A DNA stretch of 64,000 bases, from contig CAWBOH010000005.1 in assembly GCA_963790395.1 (NCBI GenBank), positions 11,911 through 75,910 of the forward strand, read 5' to 3'. The DNA is from an uncultured Methanoregulaceae archaeon. Its GTDB lineage: Archaea; Halobacteriota; Methanomicrobia; Methanomicrobiales; Methanospirillaceae. The translations under genes and the position numbers were made by a program. The notes below the pieces were generated by a model. That model was given only the letters and a program-made list of their open reading frames with translations, had not been told where the DNA came from and made no database searches. Shown piece after piece: positions 50,245 to 59,911 of this stretch; the stretch's first letter is position 1, and each line of letters begins with the position of its first letter.

Positions 50245-51096
50245 ATGGGATTGATTAACTATAATATCGAAAAATATTCCCCAAAACAGCTGGTGATAAT
50301 CCCCCTTGCGATTTTGGCAGTTTCTCTGATACTGCTTTCCCTGAATATGGTGACAACTGGCATGCCGGTTACTCCGGGTATTGATTTTTCCGGTGGTACT
50401 GCGGTAACAATTATTACTACGGATACGAAGGAACAGATTACTTCATACTTTGCAGATTATCCTCTTCATGACGTGAGTAACATGAATGATGGAAAATTTT
50501 TAAAATTTGGATCGATGGATGATGCAAAATATAAGTCACTCACCTCCATGATAACCCAGAGATATCCTGATTCACGGATCGATCAGATAGGAGAAACATT
50601 TGGAAAAACCCTGCAATCCCAGGCGGTGCTTGCCCTGATATTTTCCTTCATCGGAATGTCCCTTGTAATTTTTTTCTCGTTCCGGACATTCGTTGTTTCG
50701 GGGGCTGTTGTCCTTTCGGCATTTGCAGACATGGTCATGACTGCAGCCACAATGAACCTTGTAGGAATTCCATTATCACTTGGCACGTTAGCCGCACTGC
50801 TCATGCTGATAGGGTATTCAGTTGACAGCGATATCCTGCTCACGAACAGAGTGCTTAAACGGCAGGGTAAGCTGAACGAAAAGCTTATTGGTGCATTTCA
50901 TACCGGTATCATCATGACTTCAACGACCCTCGCGGCTATAACGGCACTACTCATCGTCGCATGGTTTGGGGCTGTCCAGATGCTTATAGAAATATCGGCT
51001 GTCCTGCTGATCGGGCTTGTATATGATGTTATGAATACATGGCTTACCAATGCAGGGATCCTCAAATGGTATGTCTTAAAAGGAGGCGGCAAATGA
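50245..51096 (+). CDS. secF: Protein translocase subunit SecF
   Basis: GIDFSGGT, LMLIGYSVDSDILL, NTWLTN. Confidence 0.93.
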   Translation: MGLINYNIEKYSPKQLVIIPLAILAVSLILLSLNMVTTGMPVTPGIDFSGGTAVTIITTDTKEQITSYFADYPLHDVSNMNDGKFLKFGSMDDAKYKSLTSMITQRYPDSRIDQIGETFGKTLQSQAVLALIFSFIGMSLVIFFSFRTFVVSGAVVLSAFADMVMTAATMNLVGIPLSLGTLAALLMLIGYSVDSDILLTNRVLKRQGKLNEKLIGAFHTGIIMTSTTLAAITALLIVAWFGAVQMLIEISAVLLIGLVYDVMNTWLTNAGILKWYVLKGGGK

Positions 51097-52562
51097 ACTC
51101 AAAAGAACTAAAAGCGTTAATATCCGACTGGAGGATTGCGACGCTTCTGATTCTCATAGTCCTTTCCGTAATTGCAATATACCCGCATTTTGACCAGCAG
51201 GGTCACCTGGCAACCAATCTCCAGTTTGGTCTGGACCTTCAGGAAGGTTCATGGATCCAGCTTGAGTTCCGTGGAGAAGTTGTGGGATTTACTACCGATC
51301 AACCGTTAGATGCGTTTGTCACAAATCTTTCCAAAAAGCTTGATACCGAAGTAATAGTGGTAGAATCAACAAATCCCAATCATCTCGAAATCCGGAAATA
51401 TTATACACAGGAAGACCTCGAACCTGTCTTTGCCAGCGAGCAGGGAAAAATTACATCATACCAGATAGGTGTATCAAAATCCACGGCAGATCTGGTGAAA
51501 CGTATCCTTGAAACCAAGATCAATACCCTTGGCACGAAAGATGCAAAAGTCAACACCCTTACCGGTTTAAACAATGTCGCACGGTTTATTCGCGTTGAAC
51601 TTGCCGGTGTGGATATGAACCAGGCGCAGGAAATCGTCGGAAAGCAGGGGAAATTCGAGATTCGTATCCAGACAACCGGAAACCAGACTGAGCATGTGCT
51701 CTCTGGTGAAACAATTACCAGTGTCCAGACACCCAGCCAGGAACCCCCGGGCAGTGACAAATGGGGGGTGGGTTTTACGTTAAGTGAAAGTGGGGCTGCA
51801 GAATTCCGCGCAGCCGCAATAAAATATGGCGCAACCTCGGACCCTGCCAACCACAATCTCATTATGCTCCTTGATAATGCCTCGGTTTATTCCGCACCCT
51901 TGTCAGAGGACCTTGCAGGTAAACTCCAGAGTGATACTATCCGTCAACTCTTTGCATCGACAGGAACAGGAAAGTATGGAACCCAGCAGGCAACCACTCT
52001 GGAAATTCACCTCAGGGCCGGGGCATTACCCGTTGACGTTACTATCGCAGGTTCCGGGGGTGTTTCAGCACCTCTTGGAGAGCGTTATAAAATGATGGCG
52101 CTTCTCGCTGGTATCTTTGCCCTTATTACGGTCGGGTTGGTAATTTATTACCGGTACCGGGAGCCCAACATTGTATTGCCGATGATAATGATCAATGCTT
52201 CAGAAATTGTCATCCTCCTGGGGTTCATCAGCCTGATTAAGTTCCAGATGGATCTGCCCACAATTGCCGGTCTTATCGCAGTCCTTGGAACCGGCATAGA
52301 TCAACTTGTAGTTATAACCGACGAGATATTGCATGAGGGAAAGGTTCCTTCACCCAATATCTACCTGAAGAGGCTTTCACGGGCACTGAGTATAATCGTT
52401 ATCGCAGCCGCAACGGTTGTAATTGCGATGGTGCCCCTTGCATTGATGGATCTCTCAACACTCAAGGGATTTGCGATTATCACTATCCTTGGTGTACTGG
52501 TCGGAGTACTTGTCACTCGCCCAGCGTATGGCAAGATCATCATGCAAATCCTCTCCAAATAA
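51093..52562 (+). CDS. secD: Protein translocase subunit SecD
   Basis: FGLDLQEGS, LRAGALPV, IAVLGTGIDQ, LKGFA, VTRPAY; ATGA coupling with secF. Confidence 0.93.
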   Translation: MNSKELKALISDWRIATLLILIVLSVIAIYPHFDQQGHLATNLQFGLDLQEGSWIQLEFRGEVVGFTTDQPLDAFVTNLSKKLDTEVIVVESTNPNHLEIRKYYTQEDLEPVFASEQGKITSYQIGVSKSTADLVKRILETKINTLGTKDAKVNTLTGLNNVARFIRVELAGVDMNQAQEIVGKQGKFEIRIQTTGNQTEHVLSGETITSVQTPSQEPPGSDKWGVGFTLSESGAAEFRAAAIKYGATSDPANHNLIMLLDNASVYSAPLSEDLAGKLQSDTIRQLFASTGTGKYGTQQATTLEIHLRAGALPVDVTIAGSGGVSAPLGERYKMMALLAGIFALITVGLVIYYRYREPNIVLPMIMINASEIVILLGFISLIKFQMDLPTIAGLIAVLGTGIDQLVVITDEILHEGKVPSPNIYLKRLSRALSIIVIAAATVVIAMVPLALMDLSTLKGFAIITILGVLVGVLVTRPAYGKIIMQILSK

Positions 52563-52613
52563 ATACAATACCTTTATCTTTTTTTTAATCGACTATTCTT
52601 CCGGGTATGTTCA

Positions 52614-52886
52614 ATGAGTAAACCAGTTTTATATGATTTTTTTGCCACATGGTGTGGTCCCTGCAGGATGCAGACACCTATTTTAGAAGAACTTGGTAAA
52701 AAAATGGGTGATGCTATCGAGATAAAAAAGGTGGATGTTGATCAACACATGGATCTTGCGGAAAAATACGGGATCCGTGTTGTTCCAACCCTCATTATCG
52801 AAAAGGATGGAAAAATCGTGCAGTCCATGGAGGGGGTTACGGATGCCGCAACGCTTGAAAAACTCCTTAAACCGCTGGTGGGTTAA
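52614..52886 (+). CDS. trxA: Thioredoxin
   Basis: FFATWCGPC, VPT. Confidence 0.93.
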   Translation: MSKPVLYDFFATWCGPCRMQTPILEELGKKMGDAIEIKKVDVDQHMDLAEKYGIRVVPTLIIEKDGKIVQSMEGVTDAATLEKLLKPLVG

Positions 52887-53538
52887 GTGAAAATAGGTAT
52901 TGTGGGAGGAACTGGAGATATCGGCGAAGGCATGGCAATGCGCCTTTCACCACTGTTTGATGTAATTGTTGGTTCGCGGGAAAAAGAAAAGGCTGAAGCA
53001 ACGTGCGAATCTGGTATTGAAACCTTAAGAAAACGAGGACAAAAATGTTCGCTCACCGGAGTTTCCAACCAGGCAGCAGTAGATAATGCCGATATTGTAA
53101 TTCTTGCTATACCTTTCAGGCATCTTTTAGGAACCTTGGAAACTCTCGATGGTTTTGAAGGAAAGATTGTAATAAGTCCGGTTAATCCGATGGAAAAAAG
53201 GGATTTCTTCACCTTAGTTCCTCCTCGCAGAGGGTTCCGCAGCGCTCCTGATAAAAAGACTTCTTCCTCCAACCGCCAGGATCTGCACGGCATTCAATAC
53301 TATCGCAGCAAACCGCTGGAAATTACTTGACGAAGAGCTCAACTACTCCGTACCGGTCTGCGGTGATGATGAGACAGCAAAAAAGCAGGTAATGGAAATC
53401 GTAAACAGAATTTCAAAACTCCACGCATTTGATGCAGGTCCTCTTGCGGCTTCACATCTGGTCGAGTCCTTAACGCCCCTCCTCCTCAATATTGCGCGGT
53501 ATAACAAAATGAAGGATGTCGGGATCCAGTTCCACTAA
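52887..53538 (+). CDS. npdG: NADPH-dependent F420 reductase (F420H2:NADP+ oxidoreductase); one +1 frameshift at about 53226
   Basis: GIVGGTGDIG, GSREKEKA; after removing one base it continues PPAEGSAA...AFNTIAA...VCGDD...DAGPL...VESLTPLLLNI to TAA 53538. Confidence 0.88.
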
Positions 53539-54151
53539 AATTGAAAATCTCATCCATTCCCTTACCTGCTGGTTTGGAGATATCGCGTGGTGGCCAGGAG
53601 ACGCAGATGAAGTAATGATAGGTGCAATTCTCACCCAGCAGACACGGTGGGAAAATGTTGAACAGGCACTAGTGCACCTCAGGAAAAGGAATCTTTGCTC
53701 TATAGACGCACTCACTAAAGCGGATATTGTGGATATAGAATGCGCGATTCGGTGTACCGGATTTTACCGGGTCAAAGCACAGCGTCTGAAATCACTTGCC
53801 ACACATGTGATGCAAACCTATGGAAGTGTGGATAGAATGGTCGATATACCAACAGGGTATCTCAGGAAAGATTTATTGGGTGTGTCAGGGATAGGAGAAG
53901 AGACTGCCGACAGTATTCTTTGTTTCGGACTTTCCCGGACAAGTTTTGTAATTGACGCATATACGGAGCGTGTGGTTCGGTGCATTGGTATCACTGAAAA
54001 ACGGCAGGATCTTAAACACCTGTTTGAAGAAAGTCTTCCGGATGATAATTATGTCTATCGACAGGCACACGCTCATATTGTCGAATATGCAAAAGAATTC
54101 TGTGGGAAAAAGAGGTGTTCTGAATGTATTCTGGTGAGTTCGAACGGATAG
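53516..54151 (+). CDS. HhH-GPD / endonuclease III-related DNA glycosylase
   Basis: GAILTQQTRWENV, GFYRVKA, GIGEETADSIL, VIDAYT, C-terminal Cys cluster. Confidence 0.88.
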   Translation: MSGSSSTKIENLIHSLTCWFGDIAWWPGDADEVMIGAILTQQTRWENVEQALVHLRKRNLCSIDALTKADIVDIECAIRCTGFYRVKAQRLKSLATHVMQTYGSVDRMVDIPTGYLRKDLLGVSGIGEETADSILCFGLSRTSFVIDAYTERVVRCIGITEKRQDLKHLFEESLPDDNYVYRQAHAHIVEYAKEFCGKKRCSECILVSSNG

Positions 54152-54675
54152 GAAAAAGACTTTTTGCCGAGCACCTTGTGGGAGGAAATTTCGGAAATAT
54201 CAGTGTCAGGGGAAGTGACGAAGGTTTTTTCATCAAACAGACCGGAGCGTATCTGGATATCGCCGGTGATCTGGTATATGTACCCCTTCACGGAGATGTA
54301 CCCCATAACGCTTCAAGTGAGTATCGTGTGCACCGTGAGATTTACCGGAAAACAAACCATCAGGCAATTGTACATGCCCATCCCTCTTGCGCAGTAGCGG
54401 CATCACTTGTAATGAATGAAGTTGTACCTGAGGATAGCGAAGGGTTAATGTTCAGCCCAAAAATTCCGGTTGTTACGGGTGCACCCGGTTCGCAGGAAAT
54501 TGCTGATAATGTTGCTGACGCCCTTTCGTTTTCAAAACTGGTAATTGCACGGGGACATGGTACATTTGCTGCAGGAAAAACACTTGATGAAGCATATATT
54601 CTCACCTCTCTGGCTGAACATTCCTGTCGGGTACTATTTTTAAAACGGGGTCTGGTCGACCATTCTTCTGGATAA
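54124..54675 (+). CDS. Class II aldolase (L-fuculose-1-phosphate aldolase-like)
   Basis: GNISVR, ASSEYRVH, HAHP, GHGTFAAG. Confidence 0.9.
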   Translation: MYSGEFERIGKRLFAEHLVGGNFGNISVRGSDEGFFIKQTGAYLDIAGDLVYVPLHGDVPHNASSEYRVHREIYRKTNHQAIVHAHPSCAVAASLVMNEVVPEDSEGLMFSPKIPVVTGAPGSQEIADNVADALSFSKLVIARGHGTFAAGKTLDEAYILTSLAEHSCRVLFLKRGLVDHSSG

Positions 54676-54684
54676 TTAATTCTT

Positions 54685-54895
54685 GGCTCTGTAGAATTCC
54701 TTTTATGGCAGCATAAAATATAAAGGATACATGCTTTGAAGGATGGGACACAGAGCCTGTCCCCCCGGACCGCCCCTGCGCAATGCGATAGTGCTGTTAT
54801 TACCTTCTTAGGGGTTATCGCATGTGTGGGGAGCCAAGTGGCGGGGGTGAAACCCCCATGAACGTTGAGATTTTTTTGAACATTTCTACAGAGCC
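54685..54895. mobile_element. MITE (non-autonomous IS derivative), 211 bp
   Basis: 12-bp terminal inverted repeats GGCTCTGTAGAA (54685-96) and TTCTACAGAGCC (54884-95), flanked by 8-bp direct repeat TAATTCTT (54677-84 and 54896-903); no ORF. Confidence 0.88.
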
Positions 54896-54932
54896 TAATT
54901 CTTAACGTTTGGCAAAAACCGGAATATACAAT

Positions 54933-55856
54933 TTATTTGGGTGGTTTCCGGGAATTCAGATTCTGTATTTCCCGAATAATTTCCCGGTGGAAGATGAGAA
55001 GCATATCGCTGATCATGCCAAACATAAAAATCTCAATACCAACGACTATAAGGAGCACGGTAAGGATGGTGAGAGGTATATGGTCAATACCCTGTAACCA
55101 TTCATGAAAAACATAAATTCCTGTCACAATACCAAGAACTGATGTGAATATTCCCATCATTCCAAAGTAAAACATGGGATTGTTCATACGCGCAAGCCGG
55201 TAAATAGTACTCACGATTTTGATACCATCATGAAATGGTGAAAGTTTCGTCTTGGTCCCGGGACGGCGCGAATATTTTATTGGTACGACTTTAATTCGTT
55301 GCGAATTCCGTACTGACTCGACAGAAATTTCTGTTTCTATCTCAAATCCTGTCTCTTTTAAATTCATCTGCTGGACAGCCGTCTTTTTGAATGCCCGGTA
55401 TCCGGATAGAATATCCTGAAGATCGCGGCTATGGGCTATCTTAAACAGGAAATTTACCATGTGGTTTCCAAAGAGGTTAAGGCCGGAGAATGCCCCTTTC
55501 TCTGCATTGATGAGGCGGTCGCCAATAACCTGGTCAAAGTCTGAGAACAGGGGAGTCAGCATTTTTTCTGCATCTTTCGGACTATACGTGCCATCACCGT
55601 CAAGCATGAGAATATAAGGCTGTGAAATGATTTCAAATGCCTCAATAATGGCATTTCCTTTTCCTTTATCAGACTGGATACGAACATCAGCGCCGTTTTC
55701 ACGTGAAATTTTTACCGTATCATCTGTACTGTTTCCGTCAATAACGAGAATATGGCTATATCCCATCTCCCTGAACTCACGAACGAGGTCTCCGATAGTC
55801 AGGACTTCATTTAATGTCGGGATTAAGATACAAACCTCATCTTTGTTAAATTTCAT
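54933..55856 (-). CDS. aglJ: S-layer glycoprotein N-glycosylation GT2 (AglJ-like dolichol-phosphate glycosyltransferase)
   Basis: VCILIPTLNE, DGNSTD, KGKGNA, MLDGDGTY, DILSGYRAF, GFEIETE, NNPMFYF. Confidence 0.85.
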   Translation of the reverse strand: MKFNKDEVCILIPTLNEVLTIGDLVREFREMGYSHILVIDGNSTDDTVKISRENGADVRIQSDKGKGNAIIEAFEIISQPYILMLDGDGTYSPKDAEKMLTPLFSDFDQVIGDRLINAEKGAFSGLNLFGNHMVNFLFKIAHSRDLQDILSGYRAFKKTAVQQMNLKETGFEIETEISVESVRNSQRIKVVPIKYSRRPGTKTKLSPFHDGIKIVSTIYRLARMNNPMFYFGMMGIFTSVLGIVTGIYVFHEWLQGIDHIPLTILTVLLIVVGIEIFMFGMISDMLLIFHREIIREIQNLNSRKPPK

Positions 55857-55894
55857 TGATATACTATTTTTAATCCGTTGACATAATTGCTTCT

Positions 55895-56459
55895 ATGCAT
55901 ATCCCGAAAAAAGGGCTTCGTGCGCTCGGCATTGCAGAAAGCTTATACGGGAAGATCGGTATCGACACTCGCGGGAGTCGTGATGCGAAAAGACCTTCGT
56001 ATAGACGGTTTTACTTTTTCAACGGCCACGGTCGGCGGCATGGATGTTACCGCATCAATTCTTCGTATGGTGAATCAGCTGAACCGAAGGGATATTAATG
56101 TGATTATGCTGTCAGGGTGCGTGATTTCATGGTTTAATATAACCAATCCCGCCCGGATTGCAGAGGAAACCGGAATCCCGGTAATCTGTGTTACGTATGA
56201 GGACTCTGATGGGCTTATTGCGGATATACGCCATCATTTCCCTGATGATAACGAACGAATTTCAGCATATGAGAATCTGGGAGAACGTATACCCGTTGAA
56301 CTTCACACCCGTCAGACTATATTCATACGTTGCTGGGGTCTGGAGCAGTCGGATGCCGGGAGGTTATGCAATGATTTCACTCTTGAAGGAAAAATACCCG
56401 AACCCCTTCGTGTTGCGCGATTATGCGCACGTCAGGTATCCACTATTAACCCTGACTAA
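55895..56459 (+). CDS. DUF99 family (endonuclease V-like) protein; one +1 frameshift at about 55943
   Basis: MHIPKKGLRALGIAES joins YTGRSVSTLAGVVMRKD...GGMD...KIPEPLRVA after removing one base. Confidence 0.8.
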
Positions 56460-56564
56460 ATAGAAGAACTATCACCGAACCGTGGCTTTGGAGGGGAGAA
56501 TCTTCATAAGAATTCACGCAGAATATAAAAACAGTATACCCTCATATGCGGAGTTGAATTGTCC

Positions 56565-56756
56565 GTGGCAGAACCGGTAAAAAAGATCAGATGTGTGTGT
56601 CTCGAATGCCATTACATTTATGATCCTGATAAGGGTGATCCTAAAAACGGGATACCTCCAGGTACAGCATGGCAGGACGTTCCTGACACCTGGCACTGTC
56701 CGGAATGTAAAATTCTGAAGGCAAAAAAAGGCGTTTTCAGGATTCTTGAAGAATAA
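56565..56756 (+). CDS. Rubredoxin
   Basis: CLECHYIYDP..GD...IPPGT.W..VPDTWHCPEC. Confidence 0.9.
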   Translation: MAEPVKKIRCVCLECHYIYDPDKGDPKNGIPPGTAWQDVPDTWHCPECKILKAKKGVFRILEE

Positions 56757-56794
56757 TTTTAATAGCTGCCATTTTTCAGGACCAGAATGGCGAT

Positions 56795-57319
56795 TTACAT
56801 AACTTTGTAATGATGCCGCGAAATGGTCATATTCGTGACTTTATCAATAATATCCATCTGTACACTGTCACCAGGACGAAAGGTTCCATCCGAGAAATCG
56901 ATGCAGATTTGTTCTCCGGGACCCCAGGTTACCCCGGAACAGCCGGAGCCCCCCATCCACTGGACTCCTGTGTGTGAGGTACTGATAAAATCATGGCCGT
57001 TCATTGTAGTAATAGTGCAGGTTACCGGCTGTTCATTTTTAAAGAATTTTGCCTTAAGATTTTTATTTTGATAGTCTTCCGTACCAATATGCCGGATTAG
57101 CACCCGACTATCATAATTCATGTGACCAGTCAGTTCGTCAACATTCTCCAGAGCAGTTATCGCGAAGATTACCGGAATCTCCTTTTCGGTATTCCACGTG
57201 AATGGCTGGATCTGGATCATGAGAAGAACGAGAAGGGCGAGCAGAACCGTGATCGCAACCAGGAGAATAACACCGATTGGATAGGATGACGCATCTTCCT
57301 GTGTGTGATATGAGTACAA
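56795..57319 (-). CDS. Archaeal type IV pilin-like protein
   Basis: Class III signal peptide-like N-terminus EDA/SSYPIGVILLVAITVLLA; C-terminal WGPGE motif. Confidence 0.75.
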   Translation of the reverse strand: MYSYHTQEDASSYPIGVILLVAITVLLALLVLLMIQIQPFTWNTEKEIPVIFAITALENVDELTGHMNYDSRVLIRHIGTEDYQNKNLKAKFFKNEQPVTCTITTMNGHDFISTSHTGVQWMGGSGCSGVTWGPGEQICIDFSDGTFRPGDSVQMDIIDKVTNMTISRHHYKVM

Positions 57320-57523
57320 TGATACTAGGTAAATTGATCGATAATATAACCCTGCTGGAATTGATTTAAAAAAAGGAAAACCTGAAACTTTTCTCGTTAA
57401 ATAAGCTCAGAATGTTCTGTAATATAGAGATTCTGTCATCAATGGTTTAATCCGTTAAAATATATATCATCTGCACTAAGAATTTGTTGATTACTTTCAT
57501 CAGACTCTCCGGATACCATTTCT

Positions 57524-58489
57524 ATGATGAATTCACCTGAAGTTTCAGAAACCGTGCAGTCTTCCAGGGAGCGCAGGGATTATTATCTTGAGGGTATCGC
57601 TCTTGGCAGGGAGGGAAGGCACGAGGAGGCACTTATTGCATTTTCTGAGGCACTTTCAGTTGATCCAAACCGGGTACTTGCATGGATTGGCAGGGGTTTT
57701 GCCCTCGGGAAACTTGGACGATACGAAGAAGAAATCGAGTGTTGTGATAAAGCAATTGCACTTGATCCACTCTGTGTTGACGCATGGATTTTCAAAGGAT
57801 TTGCATTCGGGAAACTCGACCGGTTTTGGGATAAAGTTGAATGTTGTGAGCAGGCATTGAAAATCGACCCTGAAAGTGCAGTAGCATGGAATTATAAGGG
57901 AGTTGCACTGGGTATGCTTGGAAAATTTGAAGAGGAAATCCGTTGTTGTGAGCGGGCACTGGAACTCAGGCCACGTTATCTGTCCGCATGGGTGAACAAG
58001 GGATATGCATTTGGTAAACTGAAATGGTACGAGGAAGAGATTATATGCTATGATCGGGCCCTTAAAATTTATCCTTATTATTTTTCTGCGCTGGTAAAAA
58101 AGGGAATATCTTTAATCAATTTAAAAAGATATGAGGAAGCAATTGACGTTCTTGACCGCGCCCTTCTTATTGAACCTGAAAATGCACTTGCCCTCTACCG
58201 AAAGGGACTCTCATTCAGTCTGCTCGGGAAACACGAAGAGGCAATCCGCTGTCTGGAGAGTGCCCTTAAAATCAATCCCTCAATTGCTGATGGGTGGGTC
58301 GTGATGAGCAACTCATGCTTTATGCTCGGCAGACTTGAAGAATCTGCACGTGCATTTGATCAGGCATATTACCTCGACGCAAAGGATGCACGAACCGGTA
58401 TGGTAAAGGGACTCTCCCTCTTAAAGTCAGGCAAGTTTGAGGATGCCATCAGAAGTTTTTCCAACGTCTGGGGTGTCCTTTTAAGATAG
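57524..58489 (+). CDS. Tetratricopeptide repeat protein
   Basis: Repeated AW..KG.ALG.LG..EE.I.C.D.AL.IDP units. Confidence 0.92.
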   Translation: MMNSPEVSETVQSSRERRDYYLEGIALGREGRHEEALIAFSEALSVDPNRVLAWIGRGFALGKLGRYEEEIECCDKAIALDPLCVDAWIFKGFAFGKLDRFWDKVECCEQALKIDPESAVAWNYKGVALGMLGKFEEEIRCCERALELRPRYLSAWVNKGYAFGKLKWYEEEIICYDRALKIYPYYFSALVKKGISLINLKRYEEAIDVLDRALLIEPENALALYRKGLSFSLLGKHEEAIRCLESALKINPSIADGWVVMSNSCFMLGRLEESARAFDQAYYLDAKDARTGMVKGLSLLKSGKFEDAIRSFSNVWGVLLR

Positions 58490-58552
58490 CATTTTTTGGT
58501 ATCTGCCCGATAGTCCCCCGCTTTTTTATGTCTCCTAAACGAACAGAAGACT

Positions 58553-59887
58553 ATGGATGTTGAAGAGTATGTTCGCAGAAAAATTGCGGATGGCATGGAT
58601 GAAGATACCTTACAAAAAGGTCTGGTTGATCATATCATCGATATAAAAAAGGTAAACCCCTCCTATGCTTCAGCATTTGCCCATGCAGTGATCGAAGAAG
58701 TGAAAAACACCCTCCCCCTGTCAGGTGACTTTTTTGATTTTGTGCCGGCCAGGGTGAATATGGGAGAGTTTGGGGTAGGATCGAGAGGAAAAGGGGATTT
58801 TTTTGCACATCGCCAGATAGCCCGGATCATTGGAAAAACCTCGGCTTCAGTAGGGGTTGATGAAATGGATGACGCCGGTGCGGTATGTGCAGGTGGTAAC
58901 TACATCATATGTACTGTTGATGGAATGCACTCCCGTCTTTCAGATTATCCCTTCCTTGCCGGATTCCATGTAACACGCGCGACGCTCAGGGATGTCTACG
59001 TAATGGGTGCAAAACCGATTATGCTCCTTTCAGACATCCATGTTGCTGACGATGGTGACGTGGCAAAGATCTTTGATTATACTGCAGGGATTACAACAGT
59101 GGGTGATGCAATGGGAGTGCCTCTTGTCACCGGTTCCACGCTTCGAATTGGTGGCGATATGGTACTTGGAAGCCGTCTTACCGGCTGCGTTGGGGCTGTA
59201 GGTGTTGCTGAACACCTTACTGCCCGAAAATCAACACAGCCCGGAGATGTCATGCTCATGACTGAAGGAGCAGGCGGAGGGACCATTGCGACTTCAGCAA
59301 TCTATTCAGGATTTCCCGAAGTTGTAGAGCACACTATCAATCTCAATTTCCTTTTGGCTTGTGAAACACTGATGAAAAATGATATCTTTTTACAGGTTCA
59401 TGCGATGACTGATGTGACCAATGGAGGGCTCAGGGGTGATGCATTCGAAATGGCAGAGACTGCCGGTTGCCGGATCGTGATTGATGAAAAGGCGATAGGG
59501 AGTTTAGTGGAACCTCATGTTCTGGAAATGCTCGAAAAATTACAGATTGATTACCTTGGTGTTTCACTTGATGCCCTGCTCATTGTCGCCCCACCTGAAG
59601 CATCGGAAGAAATCTGTCAGGTTGTGAAATCTGCAGGTGTGGCGATGCATGAAATCGGGTATGTTGAAAAAGGAAGGCCGGAATCGGTTCTTCTGATTAA
59701 CGGGGAGGAAACCGATTTTTCACCACGGTTCCGTGAATCTGCATATACGCCGGTGAAAAAAGTTGTTGACACTACCATGCGTGATTTTGACGAAATGAAA
59801 GAAGGAGTAATGCGTGCTTCGGAAGCTGCCCTGCAGAAAAAAAAGCGTGTTTTAAGCAACCTAATGAAGAAACAAATGTCTGCGTAA
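58553..59887 (+). CDS. AIR synthase-related (PurM/HypE-like) protein conserved in methanogens
   Basis: GVGSRGKGDF, DDAG, VDGMHSRLS, AMTDVTNGG, FRESAYTP. Confidence 0.85.
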   Translation: MDVEEYVRRKIADGMDEDTLQKGLVDHIIDIKKVNPSYASAFAHAVIEEVKNTLPLSGDFFDFVPARVNMGEFGVGSRGKGDFFAHRQIARIIGKTSASVGVDEMDDAGAVCAGGNYIICTVDGMHSRLSDYPFLAGFHVTRATLRDVYVMGAKPIMLLSDIHVADDGDVAKIFDYTAGITTVGDAMGVPLVTGSTLRIGGDMVLGSRLTGCVGAVGVAEHLTARKSTQPGDVMLMTEGAGGGTIATSAIYSGFPEVVEHTINLNFLLACETLMKNDIFLQVHAMTDVTNGGLRGDAFEMAETAGCRIVIDEKAIGSLVEPHVLEMLEKLQIDYLGVSLDALLIVAPPEASEEICQVVKSAGVAMHEIGYVEKGRPESVLLINGEETDFSPRFRESAYTPVKKVVDTTMRDFDEMKEGVMRASEAALQKKKRVLSNLMKKQMSA

Positions 59888-59911
59888 AAAATTGTCTTTA
59901 TAACTTTTTTA

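Noticed and set aside
54831-54866. Group II intron domain V look-alike (GAGCC...GTGAAA...)
   Set aside because: The lower stem does not pair as in domain V and no other intron domains or RT are present
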